Origin: Longimicrobiales bacterium
Lineage (GTDB): Bacteria; Gemmatimonadota; Gemmatimonadetes; Longimicrobiales; Gaopeijiaceae
Reading direction: 5' to 3'
DNA length: 64,000 bases
NCBI GenBank assembly: GCA_965238005.1
Contig: OZ250165.1
Location: 2,976,001 to 3,040,000 of the forward strand
Shown: one piece after another, positions 9,179 to 19,196 of the stretch
How the letters are laid out: each line of letters begins with the position of its first letter
Position numbering within the stretch: position 1 is the stretch's first letter
Made by a program: the position numbers and the translations under genes
The notes under the pieces: generated by a model
Databases searched by the model: none
Told to the model about the DNA's origin: nothing
What the model saw: the letters and a program-made list of their open reading frames with translations, nothing else

Positions 9179-9633
9179 ATGATGAAGAGCGTGGTAAAGT
9201 CGATAAAGCTCACGTCATCGGGCGCGGCGCTCAGCGGCACGACGCGAATCGTGATCAAACGGGTACCGGCGGGGCCCTGCTGCGCCACCCAACGCCGAAT
9301 GAACCGTCGATTTCTCCCGCCGGTCACCGTGTCTGCGTGAAGGAGCTGGGAGGTGATGAGAGAGCCGCCGAAGACCAATGGCATGGTATCGGGGAAAGCC
9401 CTTGTGGCGGCGAGCGCCCTGAGCTCCTCGAGCTTGTTCTGCCCGACCTCCGTCATCTGAGTCCGGACCGTCGCCCGTCGTTGGGTCCTCGCGACACCGG
9501 CCACCAGGCCGGCCGCCGCCACGATGCCGATGGTCATCATCACGAGAGCGATGATGAGCTCGACCAGCGAGAATCCCGCCCTTCGCGAGCGCTCCCGGCT
9601 CGGCTTGCCAGAGCTCCGATCACCCATGGTCAC
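9175..9633 (-). CDS. PilV-like prepilin
   Basis: G|FSLVELIIAL and QNKLEELRA motifs. Confidence 0.85.
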   Translation of the reverse strand: MTMGDRSSGKPSRERSRRAGFSLVELIIALVMMTIGIVAAAGLVAGVARTQRRATVRTQMTEVGQNKLEELRALAATRAFPDTMPLVFGGSLITSQLLHADTVTGGRNRRFIRRWVAQQGPAGTRLITIRVVPLSAAPDDVSFIDFTTLFII

Positions 9634-10032
9634 TCAAAAGACCGGAAGCCCCGCGGCAGTGAGCGATACCGTCCTCGTTTCACCACCGAGCGCGAGGACG
9701 AACTGTGCAGGACCCGTCAGCGTGGAGCCGAAGGGCAGGAACTGGACGAGCGCCGGTCCGCTTTGGAAGGCAACCCCGTTCTCGAGTCTGCGCACGCCGA
9801 CGAACTCGATCTCGTACTCGGTCGGGCTGGTCATCGTGACGTCGACCACCCGGTTGCGCTTCATCGCCTCGATCCGGGCCCTTCCGAGGTCTGCCGCCAA
9901 GCCCGACGTGGTGGACTCCAGGCGCACCGATCGGATGGTCCGTGCTATGGGCGGCATGGCGATGCTCACTATCACCAGGATTATGGCCATACCCATCATG
10001 ATCTCCATCAGCGTGAACCCTCGATCGTTCAA
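9634..10032 (-). CDS. FimT/GspH-like prepilin
   Basis: G|FTLMEIMM, DLGRARIEAMKRN, F.P.G, SLTAAG; TTG start after GGAG. Confidence 0.87.
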   Translation of the reverse strand: MNDRGFTLMEIMMGMAIILVIVSIAMPPIARTIRSVRLESTTSGLAADLGRARIEAMKRNRVVDVTMTSPTEYEIEFVGVRRLENGVAFQSGPALVQFLPFGSTLTGPAQFVLALGGETRTVSLTAAGLPVF

Positions 10033-10215
10033 GGGTCTCCGGCGGAGGAGGGGCTAGCGATTTGACGCATGGACCAAATCCTGAGATTGAGCCTGCCGGG
10101 CTCCCGCTCTTACCAGGCGACGCGCGGAGCACCACGTCCGTCGGACGAGTCCCGGAAGGAAAGTCGCCTGTATCAGGTTGGGACCTCAGTGCGTTCCCCG
10201 TCAAGCGTCGATCAC

Positions 10216-10270
10216 GAGGTTCCTGGATCAAGAGGTTCTGGATCAAGAGGTTCTGGATCAAGAGGTTCTG
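10216..10270. repeat. 15-bp tandem repeat, about 3.6 copies
   Basis: GAGGTTCTGGATCAA units (first has an extra C), upstream of pilin cluster 1. Confidence 0.9.
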
Positions 10271-10735
10271 CGGGGAGCGGGCTCCTATCTGTGCGTCGCC
10301 CTTACACGCCAGGGCATCACAGCACAGTCGGTCCGTCCGGGACCGGAACCTGTACCACGTGTCATGCCGAGAGACGATCGAGGACGTGCGATCCATCCAT
10401 CGGGAGACTCGGGAGATCTCCGGGGATTGGTGGACCGGCCCATCTTGAGGCTCAGCGGGGACCGGACGCTCGGGACTTTCGAGCTCTGTCGATCACGATC
10501 TCGACCTGGGCCGGGTATCCTTTCCCGGATCGACTCGAACCCCTCCTCGTCCCCTCGGAGGGCTGCATGGTGTAGGTCCCTCGCGAGCCTGGGGGGCAGT
10601 CTTCGTCACCAATCTAGTCAAGCACCGGATTCGGGGTGTGGTGGTGGGTCGGCGATGCCCTTTGGGCTGGGAGGTGTAAAGGTGGCTATCTTATAGGGGT
10701 ACGAATCGACCGGTGCCCTTCAACGGGAAGCGTCC

Positions 10736-10951
10736 TTGATCCGATCCTCACCCGAGCTGGAGTACTTCGAGCGGCAGTACGCCCGCGCACGGGGCGAGAC
10801 GGCCACGTACGCTCAGGCCCTGAAGATCTTCGAAGCGCTCTGGGCCCAGGCGGAGGCCTTGAACCCCGACTTTCCCGGCGATTGGAAGGCCGATCTCGTT
10901 CCGGACGTCGCTGTCGCAAGAGCCATCAATGGGCTCCCCCCGGATGCCTGA
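10736..10951 (+). CDS. Small helical protein, putative partner/antitoxin of the downstream nucleotidyltransferase
   Basis: 71 aa; its stop overlaps the next start by 8 nt. Confidence 0.7.
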   Translation: MIRSSPELEYFERQYARARGETATYAQALKIFEALWAQAEALNPDFPGDWKADLVPDVAVARAINGLPPDA

Positions 10952-11516
10952 CTTCAAGGCTCTGCTCGCACGTCTCTCGCGAGTCTTGGAGGAGCGCGAG
11001 GTGCCGTTCATGATAATCGGGGGGCAGGCCGTCCTCCTGCACGGCGAACCGCGGCTGACGCAAGACGTGGACGTCACGCTCGGGGTTGGTCCCGCCCGCC
11101 TTCCGGAGATCCTCAGCGTCTGTCAGGAGTTGGACTTCGAGCCTCTGCCCGAGAACGTCGAGGACTTCGTGCGAAGTACCTTCGTCCTGCCCGCCGCAGA
11201 TCGAGTGACCGGCATCCGTGTAGACCTCATTTTTTCCACGACGACGTACGAAGCGGAGGCCATCTCCCGCGCCCAAAGCGTGGAAGTCGGGGAGGCCTTC
11301 GTGCCGTTCGCGACTGCGGAAGACCTCATCATCCACAAGCTCTTCGCAGGGCGTCCCCGCGACATCGAGGACGCCGTCGGGGTGGTCAGGCGCAAGGGAC
11401 TCGACCTGGAGTGGGACTATCTCCGTCGCTGGGCTGCGGAGTTCGCGCTCGTCCAGGGTCGTGAGAATCTTCCCGACGCTCTCGAAGAGCTTCGGAGCGA
11501 GCTCGGCGGGGAGTAG
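10944..11516 (+). CDS. Pol-beta superfamily nucleotidyltransferase (DUF6036/AbiEii-like)
   Basis: IIGGQAV..HGEPRLTQDVD, EDLIIHKLFAGRPRDIED. Confidence 0.85.
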   Translation: MPDFKALLARLSRVLEEREVPFMIIGGQAVLLHGEPRLTQDVDVTLGVGPARLPEILSVCQELDFEPLPENVEDFVRSTFVLPAADRVTGIRVDLIFSTTTYEAEAISRAQSVEVGEAFVPFATAEDLIIHKLFAGRPRDIEDAVGVVRRKGLDLEWDYLRRWAAEFALVQGRENLPDALEELRSELGGE

Positions 11517-11890
11517 GAGTCACGCGTCGCAGAAACGGGCAAGGGCGTCGTCGAACCGATCGGTCAAGCTGGCCGACGCCGGCGGGTTGTCGGCATTGAG
11601 CCCGACCGCCGAATCCACCCGGACAATGAGTTCGCGCTGGTGTCGAAGGACGCGGACAGCCGAGCTGCTGGGCGTCGGTTGTCCGGAGTTCCGGCCGGTG
11701 TACGTATCTCTCGAGTGAGATCATACGTATTGGGGCAAGGCCTACGCCCCGGTCACTCCCCCTGAGAGTGGGTGATGGACCGACAACCTCTGAGAGGCTG
11801 AGGCTCACCCGAGGGAGGTGCGATCTATTGCTAGAGAGACCTCACTGCGTCTCCCGTCATCTCTCGATACTCAACGGCCGGACTCCTCGG

Positions 11891-13225
11891 TCACCAGACG
11901 TGGCTCCACATTCGCTCGGCGAGGGGAGTCGCCGGAAACTGAGCCAACGGTCCGCCGCACATGTACCTCAGCGTCATATCGCCGCTGATTACGTTCTCCG
12001 CGACCCATGGTTCGCTCCCCGGGGGGTTGGGGTTGTCCTTGCAGATCAACTGGCCGAAGATGCTCGGCGCGCCGCTCACCTCGCACTGGGCGCCGGCGTA
12101 CACCAACCCCTCGAAGTTGTCGGCACCGCCTACGGGGTTGCCGTTCAGCTTCACATCTCCCTCGGCGATGATCAGGATGCTGTCGGAGTGGGCCGTCGTC
12201 ATATAGGGATTCCCGTTGATCTCGAACGATCCGGTCGCGAGGAAGGTGACGTCCGCGGGATTGCCGGGAGAGCCGATGTCGTTCGAAATCTGGACATTCC
12301 CGTCGACGCAATAGACCCCGTCGTCGATGTTGTTTTTGTCCGTGATGTATAGGTTCGGCAAGCTCCACTTCCAGCCCCAACGCTTAGCGCCGCCGCTAAA
12401 GTCGAAGCTCTCCGAGGTCGAGACCTTGAGCCCCTGGCCGGCGTTGTCGAAGATGTAGTCCGCCTCTCCGCATTAGTCGGTCGAGTCGAGATCGGGAATC
12501 GTGACCGTTGGGGCGTTCTCGGTTGGCGTGATGGGGTTCCCCAACGTGTCCACAGGTGAGCCGGGTCCCGACACCGTGCTCGACGTACTCAGATCGCCGG
12601 CAATCGTCGGGCTTCCGTCAAGGGTGAGGTCGCCGTTCGTGTGGAGGTCGCCGCACTCGCCACGGATATCGGGGTTTCCGGAGATTTTCGCCTCGTTGTC
12701 GAACGCCACCGCCGCTTTAATGCCCGCCAGGCCGCCCTTCACGATGATGCCGATGCGCCGCCGTCCCCCGTTGAGCCCCGGGCTCTGGCCCGTGGATTGG
12801 ACGGAGTAGAGCTTGGTGCTCGTGTCACCGCCGTCGATGCGGCGGTATACGAGGCGGTAGCTGCAGCGGTTCTCGATCGTCGTCCACGATCCTACGAGGC
12901 TGTCTCCGGTATTGGCCACCAACGCGTCCATGGCGCTCTGGTCCCAGTTCGAAACCGCGCTGTGTAAGCCCGCTTCGGCGGCGTAGAAGGCCTGGTTGGA
13001 GGCACTCACGGCCACGGCCGAGAGGAGCTCGTCCCTGGAGGCTTGGAGCGCCGCCACGCCGATCACCCCCAGCACCACCAGCGCGAAGATCGCGATGGGC
13101 AGGGCGAACCCCCCGTCCTGGGTGGTTCGGCCTGCTACGGTGTCCGTGAGGCCGGCGGCTGGCTCGCCGCCGCGGTGGCATGCGCCCCGTCGTGTGTCCA
13201 CGTGGTACCGGTCGCTGGTATCCAT
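11891..13225 (-). pseudogene. PilX-like protein copy 2b, interrupted by an in-frame TAA
   Basis: ORFs 12473-13225 and 11891-12361 share a frame; TAA at 12475-12473 sits where the paralog has Tyr (STDYCG). ATG follows GAGGAG. Confidence 0.85.
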
Positions 13226-13303
13226 TCTACATCTCCTCAGGAATTCTTTTGGTTGTTGCGCGTGCCGCGGTATCCGTGTCGGCACAGTCACGAGGTGTCA
13301 CGC

Positions 13304-14651
13304 TCACCACACGTGGTTCCACATTCGCTCGGCGAGGGGACGACCCGCCGTGGTGCCGGTCAGGACGCTGGTGTCGCACATGTACCTCAGCGTCATGTTC
13401 CCGTTGATCTGGTTCTTCGCTACCCATGTTTCGCTGCCCGGGGGGTTGGGGTTGTCCTTGCAGACGAACTGCCCATTGAGGTTCGGGTTACCGGCGATCT
13501 CGCACTGGGCGCCACCCCACACGAGCCCCTCGAAGTTCTCGTTCCCGCCTACGGGGTTGCCGTTCAGGTACAGATCTCCATCGGCCATGATCAGGATGCC
13601 GTCGGGGTGCGCCGCTGTCATGTAGGGATTCCCGTTGATCTGCGCCGACCCCGTCGCGAGGATCGTGACGTTCGTGGGGCTGCCGGGAGTACCGAGATCC
13701 TTCGAGACCTGGACGTTCCCGTCCATGCAGTAGGTCCCCTCAGCGATGTTCGCCGAGTCCGTCTCCCAGATGTTCGACCCAATGTTCCACTTCCAGCCCC
13801 AATGCGTGCCGCCGCCGCTAAAGTCGAAGGTCTCCGTGGTCGAGACCTTGAGGCCCAGACCGCTGCTATTGAAGATGAAATCGGCGTCACCGCAGTAATC
13901 GGTGGACTTGAGATCGGGAAGCGGCAGCGACGGCGCGCCCTCGGTGGGCGTGATGGGGTTCCCCAACGTGTCCACGGGTGAGCCTCCTCCCGACGCCGTG
14001 CCCGACACGCTCAGATCGCCGCCGATGATCGGGTTCCCCTGGAGCCCGATGTCGCCGTTCGAGTGGAGGCCGCCGCAGTCGCCGGTGATCTCGGGATTCC
14101 CGCTGATCTCCAGATCGCCGCCGAACGTGACACCCGCGTCAAGGCTCACCGCCACGCCCCCTTTCATGATGAGGCCCACGCGTCGTCTTCCCCCGTTGAG
14201 CCCCGGGCTCTGGCCCGTGGATTGGACGGAGTAGAGCTTGGTGCTCGTGTCACCGCCGTCGATGCGGCGGTATACGAGCTGGTAGCTGCAGCGGTTCTCG
14301 ATCGTCGTCCACGATCCCACGAGGCTGTCTCCGGTACTGGCTACCAACGTGTCGATGGCGACCTGGTCCCAGTTCGAAACCGCGCTGTGGATGCCGGCTT
14401 CGGCGGCGTAGAAGGCCTGGTTGGAGCCGCTCACGGCCAGGGCCGAGAGAAGCTCGTCTTTGGAGGCCTGGAGCGCCGCGACGGCCCATCACGCCCAGCA
14501 GCACCAGCAGGAAGATCACGATGGGCAGGGCGAACCCCGCGTCTCTGGTGGTCCGACCTGCCACGGTGTTCGCGACGCCGGCGGCGGGCTCGCCGCTGCC
14601 GTGGCATGCGCCCCGTCGTGTGTCCACGTGGTACCGGCCGCTGGCATCCAT
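13304..14651 (-). pseudogene. PilX-like protein copy 2a, +1 frameshift in the pilin helix
   Basis: Extra C at about 14485 (GTG ATG GGC C GTC GCG GCG CTC CAG) relative to copy 2b; the rest is open to 13304. Confidence 0.85.
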
Positions 14652-14673
14652 TCTATATCTCCTGAGGAACTCT

Positions 14674-15534
14674 CTAGTTGTTGCGCAGGCTCACCCTGAT
14701 GCGGAGCGTGTCCGCGAGGTTACCCGAGCTCACATAGGCGGACAGGTCCTCTCTGCTCTCGGCCTTGAGGAGGATCTCGATGGTGGCGACGTTCGCCGGC
14801 GTGGCGGTCACGGCACCATTCACGTCGTAGTAGTGGAAGACCAACCCGCTGTCGGCGGGACTCATGAGTGGGCCGGCCAGCACCTCACTGGCCCCTCCCG
14901 AGACGCTCTGTGTAAGCCAGTATCTCCCGCTCACCTGCTCGAGATCGAACTGGACCGGGTGGAAGGCGCGGATGGCTGAGCCCACCAAGAGGCTGTCGAT
15001 GATGGTCGCCGACCCCGCCAGGTCGATTGCGACCTCGGGGTTGGGCGCGCTGGTCGTGTCGCCCCAGAAGCAGTCTGGAGTCTTGGTGGCCAGCCCCGAC
15101 GCCGTGGTATCCGTGACCGACACCGTCACGATGTTCCACTCGTCGTCCTGCCTGGAGTAGGTAAACACGCTGTCGCTTGCGGCGAACTGTCCCGAGACGT
15201 CATAAATGCCGAACCACTGGGTGCTCGTCGAGCACATGATCCCGGCGGCGTGAACCGCCCTCATGGTCACGCTGTTGGTTCCGATCGTGGTCAGGTCGCC
15301 GCCCGTGGCCGACGCCTCCTGGAGGGCCCACGACAACATGCCGGCCCCCGTACGTAGGCTCACCTGAGTCCCCAGCTTGGCGCCCTGCACGGAATAGAGC
15401 GCCACCTGAGAGGTGAGGATCGTGAAAGCCGCCACCGTGAGCAAGGAGGCTACCACTAGGTTGACCAGCAGCTCCACGAGTGAGAATCCCCCACGGCCGG
15501 CAGGGATCACGCGACGACGTCGGCGAGCGCTCAT
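14674..15534 (-). CDS. PilW-like prepilin (cluster 2)
   Basis: G|FSLVELLVNL; ends VSLRNN; TGATG coupling to pilV. Confidence 0.85.
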   Translation of the reverse strand: MSARRRRRVIPAGRGGFSLVELLVNLVVASLLTVAAFTILTSQVALYSVQGAKLGTQVSLRTGAGMLSWALQEASATGGDLTTIGTNSVTMRAVHAAGIMCSTSTQWFGIYDVSGQFAASDSVFTYSRQDDEWNIVTVSVTDTTASGLATKTPDCFWGDTTSAPNPEVAIDLAGSATIIDSLLVGSAIRAFHPVQFDLEQVSGRYWLTQSVSGGASEVLAGPLMSPADSGLVFHYYDVNGAVTATPANVATIEILLKAESREDLSAYVSSGNLADTLRIRVSLRNN

Positions 15535-15923
15535 CAGTTCCCCAAGTTTGCGGCGTAGGTTACGAAGGTGTCCACCGTCACGCCGCCCAGGACGGAAGGA
15601 CGTTCCACGGCGAGGACGACGACCTTGGGGTCCGTGCCCGAGACCGCCCAGCTGATGGGAAAACCCCATACCGTGTCCGAATCCGACGCGACGCTGTCGT
15701 ACGGAAGCGAGCGCAGCGTCTCCATCTGGTACTGTGCCGCCGCCGCTGCCTCGGTGATGATCTCTCCGGCCCTGGCCTGTTGCCGGGCCGTGAGCATGTG
15801 CTGGACGGCGGCAAGGGCCCCGACCGTGAAGACGACCAAGGCGACCAGCACCTCCACGACGGAGACGCCCGCTCGGGGTCCCGACGTACGCGTGCGGGTG
15901 CTTATCCTGATGCGCTTGCTCAT
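15534..15923 (-). CDS. PilV-like prepilin (cluster 2)
   Basis: G|VSVVEVLVAL and AQYQMETLRSLPY; ATGA coupling to fimT. Confidence 0.85.
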   Translation of the reverse strand: MSKRIRISTRTRTSGPRAGVSVVEVLVALVVFTVGALAAVQHMLTARQQARAGEIITEAAAAAQYQMETLRSLPYDSVASDSDTVWGFPISWAVSGTDPKVVVLAVERPSVLGGVTVDTFVTYAANLGN

Positions 15924-16452
15924 CGCTGGAGCATCCCCGACGCGGTGACCGTCACCGTGTCCGACGAGCTCCCACGAGAGAATCCGATAGCGGCGGCTCC
16001 CGTGGTCGGACATCCGGCGGCGACGGCCACGAGTCCCCGGGGGTCGAAGCAAAGCAAGGACTTGTTGGCCGTTCACGTGGTACAGCCTGGTCTTCGCTCA
16101 CATCGACGACGGCGCCTATGGTATCCATGACGCCCGATCCGGCAAGGGTCGTATCGATCTGGACCCAGAACCGATCCGTGGAAGCGTCGATATGCAGCTC
16201 GGCGATGGCTCCGAATCGCACCGCCGCCGTGCGCGCCTTCTGATGCGCCGATATGAACTGATCGGCGGCTCCCCTGACTGCGAGCTGCTCCCAGGCGTCA
16301 CCGATCCTAGGGAATACGGTTCCCGTGATTACTCCGACGACGAGGAGCACGGTGACGAGCTCCATTATCGAGAACCCGCCCCGCCCGAGGCCCGACCGGG
16401 CCTGGACCATGTCGGGCTGGGCCCGGCCGATGGCACGTTGCTCTATCTCCAT
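15920..16452 (-). pseudogene. FimT/GspH-like prepilin (cluster 2), frameshifted near 16075
   Basis: G|FSIMELVTV N-terminus; the FimT-type C-terminus (LLCFDPRG...VTVTASGMLQR*) lies in another frame ending at 15920. Confidence 0.8.
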
Positions 16453-16594
16453 CTCATGACCTTTATGTCGGTGATCTATGTGATCTTGATGGCCGTTCGT
16501 CGCGATGCGCGTCCGCCCTCCATATCTATGGGCAAGGTAGATCATCATCTCTAGCCAACGTAGTAAGGTGCGTAGTGCTCCACGGGACCGCTGT

Positions 16595-16610
16595 CGCAAG
16601 GGGTGTACCT
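16595..16610 (-). promoter_or_regulatory. Possible sigma-54 promoter for pilin cluster 2
   Basis: AGGTACACCCCTTGCG, GG-N10-GC with TTGC; imperfect -24 box. Confidence 0.35.
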
Positions 16611-17027
16611 CAGGAGGAGGGGATTGTGGAAAACCGCGGAGAAGCCGCTTTTCTCCTGAGTCTCCGGCCCGCGCGCCCCTGGGGTAGTGCCCACACCGAT
16701 AGGAAAAACTTTCCCTTTTTCGGCAAATCTTTCGTGTCCACCCAGCTTTTTTCGCCGGGGGCCCGATGGAGCCCATCGCTTCTCGAGCGACCCGCAACCG
16801 ACCCCCACGGTGCTGGTTCGTCTCAAGTATGTGCGGTGCCCCCCATGGGGTGCAACAATTTTTCGCTGATTCCTCAACAATTCCTCAACCATTTCTCGAA
16901 CAACGGCTCTCCTGCGGTCCCCCTGCTCGAGACGGCTCCTGACTTCCCTGCAACACTGAAGTACCTTGGGTTTTCCTGGATTCAGGTCGGCAACGCCAAA
17001 CGCCGGATACCGGATATAGGAGACTGA

Positions 17028-19151
17028 ATGACTGAGATGTCTGGTTGCATACCGAGGAGTTACGTAGCGAGCCCGGCCCCACGGCTGAGCGCGCTGCTGA
17101 CCGTGGCCCTCACGGCCCTGGGCACACCAGGGGCGGAACTCTCCGCTCAAGAGCCACCCGACAGCGTCGTGCCGCTCGACTCCGTGGTGGTCACCGTGAC
17201 CCGAGGGTCGGACGGGCTGGGGCGGACCCCCTTCGCCGTCTCGGTCCAGGGCCAACGGAACCTCCAGCTCGGCAACACGGGCTTCTCTCTCGAAGAGGCC
17301 CTCCAGGGCCTTCCCGGGGTGCAGGTCCAGAACCGCTACAACTACACGGTCGGTGAGCGGATATCCATTCGCGGCCTCGGCGCCCGGGCCCAGTTCGGGG
17401 TGCGCGGCCTCAAGGTTCTGGTCGACGGGATTCCCGCCACCCTGGCGGACGGGCAGTCCACCCTGGACCACCTCGACCTCGGATCCTTGGGACGAGCGGA
17501 GATCTTGCGTGGCCCCGCTTCGGCGATGTACGGAAACGGGGGCGGTGGCGTGCTGAGCTTCGAGACCGCTCGGCCGCCCAACGTTCCCATGCGGCAGGAA
17601 GTGAAGGGTGTCTTCGGCGACAACGGCCTCGTGCGACTACAGAGCACGACCTCCGGGATGGCCGGAGGGACGGGATACCTCGTCAACATCGCCCACCTGT
17701 CGTACGACGGCTTCCGTACGCAGCCGGACGACCCTTCGGATTTGTACGGCGGAGCCGACCGCCTCAACGTGAATGCCCAGGTCTCTGCGGAAGTCGCCGG
17801 GGGATCGCTCCGGGTGACGGGCAACTTCTTCGACCTGGACGGAGAGAATGCCGGTCAGTTGAATCAGGCCGATCTGGAGTCGGGATCGCTGACGGCCCGG
17901 GGGTTCAACGTGAGCCAGGGCACCCGCAAAGACGTCCACCAGGGGCAACTTGGCGTCGCGTGGTCTGGGCCCCTCGGCGGCATAAACGCTCAGTTCTCGG
18001 GGTGGGGCCTCTTCCGCAACATGGACAATCCCATCCCACCGAGGATCATCAACCTGGAGCGCACCGCCTTCGGAGGACGTGCAACCCTCACCACGCAGAC
18101 TCCCGGCGAGTCTGGCGAGCTGACCTGGACCGCCGGGATCGATGTGGACTTCCAGCGCGACGATCGCCTGAACTTCGACAATGACGGGGGCACGCGGGGA
18201 ACGCTGACGCTGGATCAGTTCGAGACCGTTTCCGCCACCGGCCTCTTCGTCCAGGTTCGGGCTCCGCTCGGCGAGCGGGTCTCGGCGATGGGTGGACTAC
18301 GGTACGATCGCTTCCGCTTCGAGGCGGATGATCACTTGATCACCGCCGAGAGCCCCGACGAATCGGGAGTCCGAACCATGGACGCCCTGAGCCCCACCTT
18401 GGGCTTATACGTGGAGGTCAGCCCGGACCTGATCCTCTACGGGAACGTGGCCACGTCGCTTGATACGCCATCCACGACCGAACTCGTAAACCGCCCCGGC
18501 GGTGGGGGCGGTTTCAACCCAGACCTGGACCCGCAGCGGGGTGTGAGCGGAGAGTTCGGGCTCCGGGGACAGGTTCGTGGCCATCTGGGTTACGAGGCCA
18601 GCGTCTTCCTCACCCACAGCAACGATGAGCTGGTGCCGTTTGAAGACGAAGCTCAGGAGGGCCGGACGTTCTTCCGGAACAGCGGCTCGTCCAAGTATCA
18701 GGGCTTCGAGGGATCCATCCGGGCGGTCCTCCCCGCAGGAGTCTACGCCCAATTCACCTACACGTTCGTGGACGCCACCTTCACGGACTACGAGGTGGAC
18801 GGAGACGTGTTCGACGGCAACGACATCCCCGGGCTGACACGGCACCGCCTCGATGGATCTCTGCGGGTGACGAGCGGGCCCTGGTTCGGGGAGATCCGGG
18901 GCGATTATGTGGCACGGATAGCTGTGAACGACTCGAACGGTGAGTACGCACGCCCTTATGCGCTCTGGGAGGCACGCACCGGCCTGTCCGAGGCCCGGCT
19001 CGGTCGCATGGAGATCTCGCCCTTCGTCGGGGTCGCCAACCTCTTCGACAAGCTGTACTCGGCGGCCGTGGCCGTGAACGCGGGCGGCAGTCGCTACTAC
19101 GAGCCCGGACCGGGCAGAGCGTTCTTTGCGGGAATCAGCGCAGCGTTCTAG
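17028..19151 (+). CDS. TonB-dependent receptor
   Basis: DSVVVT TonB box, plug motif (VDGIP...EILRGPASAMYG), barrel ending in Phe. Confidence 0.93.
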   Translation: MTEMSGCIPRSYVASPAPRLSALLTVALTALGTPGAELSAQEPPDSVVPLDSVVVTVTRGSDGLGRTPFAVSVQGQRNLQLGNTGFSLEEALQGLPGVQVQNRYNYTVGERISIRGLGARAQFGVRGLKVLVDGIPATLADGQSTLDHLDLGSLGRAEILRGPASAMYGNGGGGVLSFETARPPNVPMRQEVKGVFGDNGLVRLQSTTSGMAGGTGYLVNIAHLSYDGFRTQPDDPSDLYGGADRLNVNAQVSAEVAGGSLRVTGNFFDLDGENAGQLNQADLESGSLTARGFNVSQGTRKDVHQGQLGVAWSGPLGGINAQFSGWGLFRNMDNPIPPRIINLERTAFGGRATLTTQTPGESGELTWTAGIDVDFQRDDRLNFDNDGGTRGTLTLDQFETVSATGLFVQVRAPLGERVSAMGGLRYDRFRFEADDHLITAESPDESGVRTMDALSPTLGLYVEVSPDLILYGNVATSLDTPSTTELVNRPGGGGGFNPDLDPQRGVSGEFGLRGQVRGHLGYEASVFLTHSNDELVPFEDEAQEGRTFFRNSGSSKYQGFEGSIRAVLPAGVYAQFTYTFVDATFTDYEVDGDVFDGNDIPGLTRHRLDGSLRVTSGPWFGEIRGDYVARIAVNDSNGEYARPYALWEARTGLSEARLGRMEISPFVGVANLFDKLYSAAVAVNAGGSRYYEPGPGRAFFAGISAAF

Positions 19152-19196
19152 GCGGGGGCCGGCCGGGCAAGCGGCGTTGCAGGTGGGCGACGGCTC

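Noticed and set aside
10353..10370. Sigma-54 promoter for pilin cluster 1
   Set aside because: CGGCATGACACGTGG has GG rather than the required GC at -12.
12473..12475. Programmed recoding (Sec/Pyl) of the internal stop
   Set aside because: The codon is TAA at a Tyr position, a simple nonsense change.
11891..14651. Diversity-generating retroelement TR/VR pair or shufflon
   Set aside because: Differences between the copies are not restricted to adenines, the copies are direct rather than inverted, and no reverse transcriptase or invertase is in the window.
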